Source: Octopus bimaculoides (Eukaryota). From it: 64,000 nucleotides of DNA. A program made the position numbers and the translations under genes. The stretch covers positions 53,867,123 through 53,931,122 of the forward strand of contig NC_068988.1 of assembly GCF_001194135.2 (NCBI RefSeq). The letters run 5' to 3'. The notes under the pieces are model-generated. The model was not told the origin of the DNA and did no database searches. It saw only the letters and a list, made by a program, of their open reading frames with translations. Shown here piece by piece: positions 13,291 to 27,011 of the stretch. Positions within the stretch are counted from its first letter, which is position 1, and each line of letters starts with the position of its first letter.

Positions 13291-14719
13291 TTAATATTTT
13301 GTCTACCATACTTAATATTAAATTTCACTTTTGACATACTGGCCTGATCTGGCATCTACCATACAATATCATTCTAAAAATAAAATATGCATTACATTTG
13401 AAAGAGTAATCTGAATGCTAAAGAGTTAACTTAACAGGAAGCCGGCATCATTGAGTCCTGGACTGTCTTGAACAGGTTGGTTGCATAGAACCATGAGTTG
13501 TCTCAAGTGGGCTGGTACACAGAACCCTGGATGGTCTCAAGTGGGTTGTTATCAAAAACTTTCAGAATTCAGGAAGAATAATTTGTAGACATAGTCAACT
13601 CATTCTTTTCAAGAAAATATGTAGAATGATTCCTCTGATTATTAAATGTTGTTCAGTGTTTTGGAATTTTGTTTCTGGTATATGATATATTTCTTCCTTA
13701 TTTTATTCCATATTATTAAGAAAATAATTTATAAATTGTTGGTGCATGAAAAATGTGTAAAATTTTGCTAGATTAATTGTCTTCTATAGTTTCAATTTTT
13801 TTTCTTTCCCAATCTATCACAGAAGAACAGGGCTCTGGGAATTGGTATGCTCAGTAATGTGTTAAAGAACTATTAATGCTGTTGATTTGGGGAAAAAAGG
13901 TTTTCAGGAGTGGAAACAAACCATTAATAATAAAAAAGAAGCAAATAATGTAAAAATAAACAAACAAATAAACTATGTATCATTAATTTAATATTTGTAG
14001 TTGTTGTTTATTCATAAAATGGTTATTATTTGAGGAATTAGTGCAGTATGATTCTTTCAGTGTTTAAAAGCCACAAAATCTCACAGCCGATCTGATACAA
14101 GCAAAACTTCTCTTAATTTAATCAAAGTAATATTCTAAAACCTCAGAGGAATGTGCTGAACATGTTTTGCTCAGGAATAATTCCCCAGCACCTAATTAGC
14201 ATTGCAATAATGTATCTGATCAGTTTGCATCGTCATTAGTCATCAGAAGAAAGTGCATGTGGGTAAAGGAAGCTCAGTAAAAGACAGAGAATCAGACACA
14301 GTGAGAGAGAGAGATGTATCTCTTTCCTCTCCACATCATTTAACTCATTGTTTATTTCTTTCTTCTTCTTTTCTCTCCTTAGCTTATTTATTCCTCCTCC
14401 GTGAATCTCTTGAGGGAGAAAAATGAAAAAAGCAACAAACCCCCCCCCCCCTCCAAAGCCTGTGCTAAGTTAGAAATCATCATTGACATCATTATTATTA
14501 TTTGTGTTTATATTAGAAATTATTATTGTTCTTATTGAGTTTGAAACAAAACAAAAGCAAGTGAAAGGGAAATAGATATTATATTCTTCCTCTAATTGAA
14601 AACCCGAGTATCTTCCAAAGCTCTATGCCTCCCTACACCATCTCACAACATACTACCCCTCTCCATCCCCAAATCAATATCTGCTCCCTTGGACTTGTCA
14701 TATTTCTCAAGCTGGGGCT

Positions 14720-14940
14720 GCCATTTGAACTTATGGTGAAGTTAAGGAATTCCGCATCAAAACCGCCCACATCTAAATCTTTTACTCACTCTATTGGAAT
14801 GCTTAGAATTGCTTTCTGAACTTTTCATTACCTGCCATACTCTCTAATCAACTGTAACTATTTTTTTCTCCTCTTTTTTTCCCCCTTCAGCAACAAAACA
14901 ACTGTTCCTTTCTATTATCTCCCTCATTCATGTGAGTTCA
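14720..14940 (+). promoter_or_regulatory. Promoter-like motif cluster: DR5-like element (minus strand), GC box, inverted CCAAT, and a possible first-exon donor
   Basis: tgaact-tatgg-tgaagt at 14726-14742, CCGCCC at 14763-14768, ATTGG at 14793-14797, gtgagt at 14932. Lies in a roughly 3-kb TE-free block. Confidence 0.3.
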
Positions 14941-15044
14941 GTTTAAAGGATTCTATTTTACTATGGACTTTCCATTGAGAAAAAAAAAAAACCCACAAGA
15001 AGAAAGATAAAATACATTGATATTTGATGTCTATTTAACTTAGA

Positions 15045-15080
<36 letters not shown>

Positions 15081-15371
15081 TATGTATGTGTGTGTATATA
15101 TATATATGTATATNNNNNNNNNNNNNNNNNNNNNNNNNNNNNNNNNNNNNNNNNNNNNNNNNNNNNNNNNNNNNNNNNNNNNNNNNNNATATATATATAT
15201 ATATATATATATACATACATATATTAAATGTCTTTTTTTTTATATTTTGCATAAGCGAATTCTTTAAGAAAAGTAATGAAACGTTGCCTTTGGGAATAAC
15301 TGTCAACTAATTTCAGCTCTGCCATCTCCCAAGTTCCCTTATTTAATTTCCTGTTGTATCCTTATTTTCAG

Positions 15372-15442
15372 AGGCCGGCAAATACTGACTGCTGAAACTT
15401 TACAAATGTCCATCATCTGAGCAACTGTGAAATTGTGCTTCT
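15372..15442 (+). other. Candidate non-coding 5'UTR exon of RAR containing a 4-codon uORF (15406..15420, MSII*)
   Basis: Strong acceptor ccttattttcag and donor CT|gtaagt in TE-free sequence. If spliced to 26359, TGA at 15418 is in frame upstream of ATG 26382. Confidence 0.5.
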
Positions 15443-16984
15443 GTAAGTATAAACAATACATTGCTTCACTCTATGATTATTATTATTGTTATTTTTATTA
15501 TTATTATTACTGTTATTATTATTATTATTATTAATTTTACGTTGTATTTTTCATCATTTCTGGTAATATCAATGTAATATCAAACTAGTAAAATTAAAAA
15601 TAAACAAATGTCCTGGAAAGTTAATCAGATGATTAAAAATAATATTTTGTTCTATTTACTCATTTATATTTACCATTTCTCTTTTTCTGCCTTTTTGATT
15701 CCTAATTCATCTTTTGTCTATCTCTCTGTATTTATCTGCCTTTCTTCCTCATCTAGCTATTTTTCTTTTGTTGCATCTCTGATTCTATCTATGTCTGTGT
15801 TTTAATCTTCCTTCTGTTCTTTCCCTGTCAGTTTTTCTATCACCCCCACCCATTTATTTTTCTGTGTTTCTCCTCTTTTTTTCTTTCATTGAATTATGCA
15901 TGCAATGACTAGAGTATTCACTTTTTGCTTTTCAAATATCATAGTTACTAATTTTTTTCTTTTACTTAATGAGCTTCTTAATAACAGCAATGGTGATGAT
16001 GATATAATTGCTAGAAGCTTTTTCTGTGAGCTGAGAGTTGTCATAATTTGCTACTGGATAGGGGCCAGCATTACCACACACACACAAAAAAAAACTATGG
16101 TGACATTTGATTAGACTATAACATACAAGTCCATACAGTTGTTCATCTTACATACATATGCATACATAAACTTTGTTTTCTCTCTCTTTCATGCATACAT
16201 TCCTGAAGTTTTGAATTAGCTAGTTTTTTAGTTCTATATTTTTCTCAGTTATTTTTTTCTTCATAATTCTCCAATGTATTAGCAGAAAGTAGCTACACTC
16301 TTAAATATCAAGTCTCTCTCATGCATTTCCTGCTTAATTTACTTGATTCCCATAGCAGGTGTTACCATCCATTGGATTACTTTCTCAGGAAATGAATCTA
16401 GTTTTGCTTTCTTGAGAATTACTATAACAAAGTCCATTATAGTATTAATTTCCATCATTAACACACATATAATGTGTTACTGGCAGTTGTGTTGTGAATT
16501 TAATTGATCTCAGTACTCTACTGGTAATTAATTTATTAATTTTGGAATGTTGAATAGCAAAGGTGATTTTGGCAAAATTTGAACTCAAGATATAAACAGA
16601 CATGCCTATAAGATAACTGCTATAAAATAATTCAGCACTACTATTTTTGCCATTCAAAAATACCTGTCTTATGGTAGTGTTACTATTGACATCAAAATTA
16701 ACATTATTTGATTGTATTCTATGTAAGTACAGCTCCCTATAGTAAGTAAATCTTGCTTAACCCTCTAGTATTTAAACTGGTCATATCAGGCCCAAATATC
16801 CTGTTTAACCCTTTAGCAATCAGATTATTTTGCCAAAATATAATGCTTAGTTATTCATTTGTTTTGTATTAATCATTCATCATCTAATCAGTGTGAGATT
16901 TTGACGACATAATTGTTTATTTTTAGATTGACATTGTAGGGTAGGTGTGAGAAACCAGATCTGGCTGGTTTGAACAGAATCAAA

Positions 16985-17450
16985 GAATATTTTCAGAAAT
17001 TCTGTGCTGGAAATTACAGCCTAGAAGATCTGTAGAGCTTGGCAAGGATGTCCTGCAAAACCTGGTGCTGCAAAATCCCATTGTAACTGTTGAGAAACTA
17101 GCAGAGAAGCTTGGATTTGGTCATTCAACCATTCATTGACACCTGTATACCATCAGAAAAGTCAGCAGATTGGATCAATGAGTTCCTCACAAACCTTCCA
17201 AGTCTAATTGCACGCAGAGAGTGAATGTGTGCTTGTTTTTGCTGTCACGTCTCATGAATGAATCTTTTTTTCAACTGAATAGTGACTGGTGACAAGAAAT
17301 GGTTTCTCTATAAAAATGTCAAGCGCCAAAGACAATGGGTAGAGAAAGGAGAAACACCAGCACCCCAGGTGTTGTTATTTGTTTGGTGGGATATGAAAGG
17401 TTTATTTCACTTTGAACTTTTAAACCCAAACCAAACGATAGCATTTTATG
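16985..17450 (+). mobile_element. Mariner transposase fragment (HTH2 to first catalytic Asp)
   Basis: Translations include IVTGDKKWFLYKNVKRQRQW and VLLFVWWDMKGLFHFELLNPNQTI, typical DD34D mariner motifs; decayed. Confidence 0.8.
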
Positions 17451-19141
17451 TTAAGAAGAAAGTTCTTAACTGAGCATTTAGAAATTCATATTAAATTTTT
17501 AAAGTCAGAACAATAGATGATGTTAGGGAAAAAAGGATTCTAACATTTTGGCAGAATTCTTCAGTAAAGAAGAATTATGGAATTTTGTCTCTTCAGGTGA
17601 ATCTGTTGATTTTCAGGAATGGGATAATGGAGTGAAACTGCATACATGCACTCATTTATATATATGCACACACACAAATACACAATCATGCACACACATA
17701 CATTCATTCACATGAAGTTTTGAGCTATTACTAATGTATTTCTGCTCTTCTCTCTCTCTCCCTCCAATTCCCCTGATGTGTTAGTGGAGTGCAGCTGCAC
17801 ACTTATCTGTTGAGTCTGGCATGAAGACTAACTAAACAGATAAATCTCACTCATACATAAACACATACGGTGTAAAGGTAGGATGGAGGCAAATTTCGGA
17901 TTAGCATAGTAAGTATACCACTGTCTCTATCGTTATGTTGTTGTTGTTGTCAATGTGGCTTTTGCTTTTGTTGTGTTGTTGTTGTTGTTTAGCTCCTGGC
18001 TTGCCCTGTCTTAAGCTAACTTTTGATTAACTGTATTCCTACTATAACCATCTTGTTGTATTTTCAAACACAGTATATTTTAGCCTCATATAGGAAAATG
18101 AGTGTCAAATTAAGGTTGAGGAAGAAATAGTTTACATTCAGATGATCCCCGATTCAAGCTGAGCTGTGATCAAAGAATGTACAGCTGTGACCATACTGTC
18201 AGTTTTCTAGATATTTTTTTTTAAATTGTAGAATGTGATTTGAGGTAGAATTGGTTGCTAACATGAGCCACGAATTGAGTGGAAAAACCAGATAAGTTCC
18301 ATGGAAACAAATTACAGTAGAAATATGTTCTGGCATAGTTATATAGCGATGCAATTTCTTTTCAGTATTCTCATCTGTGATAAAAGCAGTTGAATCATTA
18401 GCACACCAGGCAAAATGCTTCGTGGCATTTCATCTGTCTTTATGTTCTGAGTTCAAATTCCACTAACTTTGCCTTTCATCCTTTTGAGGGTTGATAAAAT
18501 GAGTATCAGTTGAGCACTGGGGTTGTAATTACTTTCCCACCTTCCTGAATTTCAGGCCTTGTACCTACAGTAGAAATATATATATATTGTTATCTGTGTA
18601 GAGAGCCATAACATAGGCGCTCTTCATGCTCTTCCTATGAGACTCAGGAAAATAAATTCCTATTGTTTTCATTTGATAACAGTTTGGTTCATAGAGGATC
18701 AAATATTTCTTCTGTATGTGTTACAAAATATGAGGCACATATAAAACCCTAATCTGTCTTGTCTGTTAAGTAAGTTGTGGAAAAATGCGATGTGTTGTTG
18801 CTTTTGTTGTTGTTATTGTTGTCGTTTTGTTGTCTAACCCTAGCCCAATCCTACTTGAGTAAACTTATGATCAAAAATATTCCAGCCATGACCATCCTAT
18901 CCTATTTAGAAGTATGTATGACTACATAAATTAATGTATTCTTTCCTTATTTAAGATGACAGGTTATATTTTGCAGGAGATTTAGCTGCTATTTTTAGCA
19001 GGCCAAGTGATCATATAGAATTTTCTCTGTTAGCTCAAAAAAGATTTCTGCATGATATGCTAATGAGAAATGCATAAGTAGAATGTGCAATCATATTACT
19101 AAAGACTAGAGCTTTGAATTATCTTCTGTGACACTCTACAT

Positions 19142-19400
19142 CAATGGTTCTCAACCATTTTTTTTTTTACCTATGAACCTCTTTGATTCCTATTTTGCTC
19201 GAATGGACCCTCATGACCATTCAGTATTTAAAAAATGATGTATTTTTAGAATAAAAATATTATTAGGAATTGTATAAAAAAACATTATTAAAATATTTTG
19301 TGAATTGTAGAAGTATAATAAATCTATTACTGATAAATTTTAAGAACAAAATCTTATATGAACCCCCAAGGGTCATTTGGACGCTGGTTGAGAACCACTG
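19142..19400. mobile_element. hAT MITE
   Basis: TIRs caatggttctcaacc / ggttgagaaccactg; flanks ctctacat and ttctagat (6/8 identical TSD). Confidence 0.8.
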
Positions 19401-21009
19401 TTCTAGATGTTTCCTTTAATATTAACATTGCTATGTGGGGACCGGCATGTCAAAGAATAGGTTCAACATTTCCTCTGTGTGTTGTGAAAGGCTTGGTTTA
19501 GGTAGGATTTGCACTCTGACCTTGTATAACTCTCACCAGGAACAGCTACCCATGGGTTGGATGGTTGTTGCCTGAGTGGTGCACAGGAATAGGGAATCAC
19601 CAACAAATGGTGGATGCAGTGATGTACTGTTACAGTGCATGTCCCCCATACTACTACTAAAAACAAGAGACTTTAGTGGAATATGAAGTATGCAGATTGT
19701 CATCCCTCTGCACCAGACAATGCATATTTGTGTATCTACCAGCGTCTCAATGTGTAAATTTTTGCATTTAACCATTTTACTAACCTTGTGTGCAGCCTTC
19801 TAAGGTTCTATTATATAAAACCTGCCCATTTTAAGTGTTCATATCTAAAAAGCTTTCCATTATAATTTTTATTTAACCATTTTCTTTTGGTAATGTTCCA
19901 AAAAAGTGGCCTAGCACCGAAAAAGTTTATTTTACCAAGCCTATCTAAATTCTTGGCTATTTAAAAAACATAAATAATTTTTAAAGAAGTGCAGGTGATT
20001 TGTTTTTCATGAAAAATGTACTCTTGAAAAGATTAAATACTGCATCGATTTAGATATTATTTTCTCACTTTTTACTCTCTGCATGCAACGTTTTGTAAAA
20101 TGTTTCTCTGCATCCTCCCCTCCCCCTATACACACACACATACACACACACACACACAGTTTCTTGAATTAATCCTAACTCAGGAATCTCTCTCTGCAGG
20201 TGGTTTTTCATCTATTTTTAATGTACTGTATATTGTTTTAGCTATTTATTTTTATAACATTACAATGTGGTGTCAACCATATTAAAAGATTTACAGTCTC
20301 TTAGCCAGAGGATATGATGCTTGGTGATGCATCCAAAATATGTTCCCAGCCTAACCTTGAGTCTAGCAAGCAGAGAAGCCACATGATTCATTGGTAGTCT
20401 CTACTGCTGTTCATGCATGCCTTAATATACATGCACACATACACATGTCTGTACACATGCAACTACTGCTTATTCCTTAAATGTTCCATGATATTGTTCA
20501 CAACCTGGAAAACAACAATTATAACCAAACGATAATAAATGAATACAAAAATCATCTGCCAAAAAAACAAACAAAACAAAATATATGAAGTTTATTATGA
20601 TATATTTCTGTTATCTTTGGTGCTGTCAGGAGAGCTTCATTAGAAGATTTATGTTGCCAAAGCTCTGTGTCACTCTGAGTTCACATTATATCAAGGTTGA
20701 CTCAACTTGTTTTTCACTCTACTAGTTGATGAAAAGCAAAAATAAAAAATAAACATACCAGTCATTTATTGGTTAAAAAAATGGATAAAGCTCTTTCTCA
20801 AGTCATAAAGACCCATGTTTGTTCATAACTGGTTTTTATAAGCTTGGCTGCATGGCTGGATGGTTTTGCTTCATGGATACAAGGCTTTCGGTTCCATCTT
20901 ACTCCGTAGTATCTTGGTAGGTGTCTGCTGCAATGGCTTTGGTTCCACTGAAGTCTTGTGAATGAAGTTTGGCAGATAGCAGTCGTATGACAGTCTATCA
21001 GAGAGCCTT

Positions 21010-21260
21010 TCCTTATCTTGGGGTGGTAGGCTTAATCCATTACCCAGTTTATCCCTACCTTTCTGGTCTTTGATTGACCATTACTGAATTCTTGCTCTTC
21101 CAAGCATTTAGGTTAGGTCTCCACCTAAGTCTCTGAAGATACTTATGTCTTTCCTCTCATCTATCTTAGGGGCCCTGTAAATGGTCATGAGTACTGCCCT
21201 TCCTCCTCTGGCTAAACTAATAACAAAACACTCTAAAACAATGAAGGTAAGGAATACAAA
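21010..21260 (-). mobile_element. LINE APE-endonuclease fragment (CR1/L2/Jockey-like)
   Basis: Minus ORF VLMTIYRAPK...DLGGDLT resembles the YRPP and GDFN motifs. Confidence 0.4.
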
Positions 21261-23046
21261 ACCTGATTGGTGTAGCAGGTACCAAGTATTTTCACTTAGC
21301 AAGCAAGAAGCATAAGGTTCAATTCCTGCCAGTGGCTTGTTGTTCAGTTTCTTTTTTTTAAAAAATCTATTTTTAAGTTCAAATTGAAGTTTGCGTAGAT
21401 ATGTATGTATTGTGTGTGTATGTATGTATGTATGTGTGTGTGTATGTACACACACACACACCCTACATGTACTAATAATATACTAGTCATGACTGGGAAA
21501 CAAACTTCTTAGCCATTAAGCATGGAACATGGATGTTACTCATGATGATGATGATAACTACATGTACATATGTGAGTGAGTGAGCGAGCATGCATGCGTG
21601 CGTGGCTGAATGGTTAAAAAGTTTGTTTCATTATCACGGGGTTCATGGTTTGATTCCAGTGTGTGGCATCTTTGACAAATGGCTTTCACCCACAGCCTCA
21701 GGTTTACCCAAGTTTCATGAATGAAATCAAGTAGAGGGAAATTGCGGAGAAGCCTGTTGGATAGATTGTACCTGTAATTCAGAGGATAAGGAGTTGCTAG
21801 CACTTGCCTAAGGTACCACTCCAGTCTATGGATGGAAAGGATGTCTTAATCTCCCTTTTATGGCCTGTCATTGATGTGGGTGCCATACCTTACAATGTAT
21901 AATATACAATTATAAGTTTGCTTAAGATCTTTGCCGATATCAATAACATGCCTTTCGGAGAAAATGTGGAAATGTCTCTTAAAGGTTTGTAGGGATGAGA
22001 TTTGACTTGTAAATTTTTGTTTTCTTCATTTGCCAGTGATATATGCAACATGCTGTGCAATGACCTTGATGACATACCAGATTTAAATAATGGTTCTGGT
22101 CAAATTTCCACTGTGTCTACTACAACATCAAGTAAGTACTCATTTATCTGCAAGACTTTTTGTTTTTGGAAATTTTTGTTTTAATTCCATTGGGTAGATG
22201 GCTGTTTATGTCAGTGGGGTATTGGATCCACAAGCTTCGGTGTTAGAGGTTCTTACCCTGTCAGTAGCACTGTATTGTATCAATGGCCAAGATACTTAGC
22301 TGTAATTAGATGCCACAGAGAAGTATAAATTCACTGAGGCAGTTTCAGGCAACATGGTAGAATTAACAAGTCAGTTTATCAGCATTCAATAATGAGTTAA
22401 AATTCTTCCAGTTGGAAAGGATACCTATGATAGTGTTTATCCAAGGAAGATTTATTTCAAATTCATTTAATGCATGCCATCTTGGCCAAATATACTCTAT
22501 TATAGCCCCATGCTGACCAAAGCCATGTGAATTTGATAAAGGAAAACTGAAAGCAGCCCATCATGTATATGTGTGTGTTTGTGTGTACCTTTCTTTTTAT
22601 ATCATGTGATGATTGTAAACAAGCATGTTGTTCATTTCCAGTCTTCCATGAAAAACATGTCTGACTATGGGGAAATTTTACCTTATTTGGAAAAAGATGA
22701 AGGTTGATGACAAGGAAGGCATCTGGTTGTAGAAAATCTGCCTCAATAAATTGTGTCACTCATGTGATTTTGGAAAAGTGGATACTAAATGATGTTGGTG
22801 ATGATGATGAGGGTTATTATTATTATTATTATTGGTCAAAGTGGTGAGCTGGCAGAATCATTAGCATTCTGGGCAAAATGCTTAGCGGAATTTCATCAGT
22901 CTTACGTTCTGAGTTCAAATTTTGTCGAGGTCAACTTTGTCTTTCATCCTTTTGAGGTCGATAAAATAAGCACCAGTTGAGCACTGGGGTTGATGTAATC
23001 AACTATTCTCCTCCCCCAAATTTCAGGCCTTGTGCCTATAGTAGAA

Positions 23047-23108
<62 letters not shown>
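23047..23108. repeat. (ATT)n microsatellite forming the tail of a SINE-A copy
   Basis: Read directly; immediately follows gcctatagtagaa. Confidence 0.95.
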
Positions 23109-23109
<1 letters not shown>

Positions 23110-23272
23110 GGGAAGGAGAAGAAAACTAAATGCACCAAGGTGTATAACTAAGTGCTGTACTATCTCTGAAAAGTCAGCATTAATCTGAAGCATTTTAAAA
23201 TAGAAAGAAAGACAGTAAAGCACTGGTTAAAAATGTCTTTTATCATAGGTCATCTCAGTCAGCTGAATTGGG

Positions 23273-23941
23273 NNNNNNNNNNNNNNNNNNNNNNNNNNNN
23301 NNNNNNNNNNNNNNNNNNNNNNNNNNNNNNNNNNNNNNNNNNNNNNNNNNNNNNNNNNNNNNNNNNNNNNNNNNNNNNNNNNNNNNNNNNNNNNNNNNNN
23401 NNNNNNNNNNNNNNNNNNNNNNNNNNNNNNNNNNNNNNNNNNNNNNNNNNNNNNNNNNNNNNNNNNNNNNNNNNNNNNNNNNNNNNNNNNNNNNNNNNNN
23501 NNNNNNNNNNNNNNNNNNNNNNNNNNNNNNNNNNNNNNNNNNNNNNNNNNNNNNNNNNNNNNNNNNNNNNNNNNNNNNNNNNNNNNNNNNNNNNNNNNNN
23601 NNNNNNNNNNNNNNNNNNNNNNNNNNNNNNNNNNNNNNNNNNNNNNNNNNNNNNNNNNNNNNNNNNNNNNNNNNNNNNNNNNNNNNNNNNNNNNNNNNNN
23701 NNNNNNNNNNNNNNNNNNNNNNNNNNNNNNNNNNNNNNNNNNNNNNNNNNNNNNNNNNNNNNNNNNNNNNNNNNNNNNNNNNNNNNNNNNNNNNNNNNNN
23801 NNNNNNNNNNNNNNNNNNNNNNNNNNNNNNNNNNNNNNNNNNNNNNNNNNNNNNNNNNNNNNNNNNNNNNNNNNNNNNNNNNNNNNNNNNNNNNNNNNNN
23901 NNNNNNNNNNNNNNNNNNNNNNNNNNNNNNNNNNNNNNNNN
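23273..23941. other. Assembly gap (N run); other gaps at 15114-15188, 29132-29349, 32090-32415, 35089-35170, 49027-49643 and 61340-61439
   Basis: Runs of n; exons or repeats could be hidden inside them. Confidence 1.
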
Positions 23942-24091
23942 GATTTTCTTGGTTGTCTTTTTTTCCCCCCCTCTATTATTTAAACATTTCTTATTTTTAA
24001 TTTGGCTTATTTCTATTTTACATTCTTATATATATATATATATATATTTTTTGCTACTTTTTGTCCATCATTCACTCCCTCTATCAAAAAA

Positions 24092-24130
<39 letters not shown>

Positions 24131-24461
24131 AGATAAAAACAACTAAAAGTAAAACAAATAAAAATCAGACAAAACAAAACAAATGACTGAATGAGTAAGA
24201 AGTATTGTTTGCTGTCTAGTAATAGATCCTCTCTAATGTGAAATGTTAGTTAGAATTCTCTAAGCTGTCATTAATGACAAATTCTTTGCTGCATTAAGTG
24301 GAATAGATTGCAGAGAGTTCAAGCGATGATTACAAATTGTAAATGATAAAATTACCCACTATTTATCACTGCTGAAATACATACACATGCACATACACAC
24401 ACACACACACATGGATGTGTGTGTGTAGACAAACACACACACATGCACACACATGCATGCG

Positions 24462-24492
<31 letters not shown>

Positions 24493-24739
24493 GTATGTGT
24501 GTGTGTTTGTATATATATAGTTAATAAAAAAAACAGAAAAAGATAAGAAAAATGTAACGACTCAAGGACGTGGTACATGTAAAGTATTAATAAGACACTC
24601 AGAAAAGGAAAGAAAGAGTGGTTGTTTTACGTTTTGAACAAAGCTCTTCTTTGGAAACAGGAGACTTATAAAAGTTCAAAAGAAAAGAAAAGAAAGGAGG
24701 AAAAATATCACCTACAGTCCATGTGTAGTTACATTTTGA

Positions 24740-24782
<43 letters not shown>

Positions 24783-24809
24783 ATATGCATGTATATATGA
24801 ATGTGTGTG

Positions 24810-25042
24810 TTATTTCTTTACTACCCACAAGGGGCTACACACAGAGGGGACAAACAAGGACAGACAAACGGATTAAGTCGATTATACCGACCCCAGTGTG
24901 TAACTGGTACTTATTTGATCGACCCCGAAAGGATGAAAGGCAAAGTCGACCTCAGCGGAATTTGAACTCAGAACGTAGCGGCAGACGAAATACCGCTAAG
25001 CATTTCGCCCGGCGTGCTAACGTTTCTGCCAGTTCGCCGCCT
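24810..25042 (-). mobile_element. tRNA-derived SINE family A, young CpG-rich copy; more than 15 related copies (e.g. 8515-8705, 18380-18570, 22828-23045, 29800-30005, 31905-32090, 32990-33270, 50318-50530)
   Basis: Head ggcggcgaactggcagaaacgttagc (A box) ... ctgagttcaaattccgc (B box) and shared core ctttgcctttcatcctttcggggtcga, repeated throughout the window. Confidence 0.9.
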
Positions 25043-26358
25043 TGTATATATGAATGTGTGTGTGTGTGTGTGCATACATACACAAACACATATATATTCA
25101 TACAGGCATGTATACGTGCCTGTGTACATACATACTCATTTGTGTGCCTGTAGACTTGTACAACTGATAATCCTTTACCTGAAATCCCCAGACTTCCTGA
25201 ATCCAGAATTGTTTTGAGTGAAATGAAGTGCCTCTAATGGATATATTCCAGAGTCTTATTGTTAAAGCATCATTATTCTCAGTATCTTTAATTTGTGAAA
25301 CTGGAAGCTTTATAGTGCAAGATCACCATTAGGTTACTAATCTAATTGTGTCCTTTCTTATAAATGTTTAAGAAAGGTGAGGATGTGTGTGATTTGATCT
25401 GTATAAGTGTAATATCCATAATATAAGAAAATATGTAGTTTCTCCAGCTCCCAGATTTTTAAGCCCCAAAAATATCAGTGCACATAATACGTGAGAACTG
25501 TTATCCATTTTATTAGTTTTCTGTGGTATGACAAATCATATCTATTGTTCATGCATTCTGATTTGTAATCAGAATTTTAATCACCAAAACAATATCACAT
25601 TACCAAACCGCTAAGTTACGGGGACGTAAACACACCAGCATCAGTTGTCAAGTGATGTTGGGGAGACACACACACACACACGCACACACACACACACATG
25701 TACACACATATATACGATGGGCTTCTTCCACTTACAAGATTTTGGTCGGCCCGAGGCTATAGTAGAAGACACTTGCCCAAGGTGCCATGCAGTGGGACTA
25801 AACCTGGAACCATATGGTTGGTAAGCAAGCTACCTACCACACAGCCACTCCTGTGCCTATTGCCAATAAATATAACAAATCAACTTGTAAACTTTCATTA
25901 ACCAAAACCTAAAACTTTTTATTTTATGATAAAATAAATAATAGGTAAATATATATATTCTGTTCCCAGTATATTTGTCATTATAAAGGGCAATCTTCCC
26001 TAATACAATAAAGAAAGGAAAAGTATAATAAATACTTCTCCAATGCCAGATATGACGATGGAAATTGCAGAATATTTCTCAAAAATGGATGGGAGATATT
26101 TTTATTAGCTCTGCATTAGATTAAGCCATGCCAGAGGAAGTAAAGTGAAATGGGAGCATGATGTGCAATTCACTCTGAGATTGTGGATCAGCCCAAACCA
26201 TGTGTATTAGTATTATTTTTTCTTTCTATTTGTTTGTTTCTTTCTTTCTCTCTCATATTGTTCCATGTGTGTTGTTGCTGCTAGAGCAAATATTTTATCA
26301 TAGCTTTGGTTTATATATTCTGCTGTGTATAATGCTCAATTTTTTCTATTGATAACAG

Positions 26359-26976
26359 ATAACAAGACAAAGGTACCTGAAATGAAAATCAAAGAAGAGC
26401 CACAACTGACCTCAAACCCAGCACAAAGTGCTATGGATTCTCAAACTTCAGCTGCCCAGCTCCATCAATGCCTGCCATCAATCCAGAGTGCAGGGACTTC
26501 TCTTCAACAGCAAACACCATCTCAGCAACAACAACAGCAGTCCTCCCTCATATCAATGCACTCTCCTGTTCAGCAGCCACAAACAATGCAACATATGCAA
26601 TCACTGCAACAGTTTCCTCAACAGCATCAGATGCACTTGCAGCCAATGCTGTCCCCTCATCACCCAATGCATATCAGCAATGATGTTGTCACTGTTCATC
26701 AAGTCTCACCAAATTCTCAACTTTCGCCGCCACAGCAGCAGCAAGCGCCACTGACTCCATCACCTACCATGCAGACCCCTCAAACTCTGCCAAGCCCGTC
26801 GTCTTCTTCCTCTTCAGACATCATATCCAGTGAGCTGGTGCGGCATATTGCTGTGATCCACCCAACACACAACAGACACCCCAACTTGCCTCCTCCTCCG
26901 CCACCACCTGCTCCACCCATTGAACAGTTTCAGCAACAGATGAACCTTGAAGACTTCAAAGATTTCAGTATGATTC

Positions 26977-27011
<35 letters not shown>

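Noticed and set aside
13470-13555. Imperfect 37-bp duplication (agaacc...gtctcaagtggg), and a 19-bp tandem repeat at 41160-41225
   Set aside because: Only 2-3 units each; consistent with ordinary slippage.
23233-24146. Long ORFs at 23.2-24.1, 29.0-29.5, 31.9-32.4, 48.9-49.8 and 61.2-61.6 kb
   Set aside because: Artefacts of N runs translated as X; only the Helitron helicase tail after the 49-kb gap is meaningful.
26325-26358. ORF-track start (TGT, MYNAQFFLLIT)
   Set aside because: Intronic polypyrimidine tract upstream of the acceptor; the first true ATG is at 26382.
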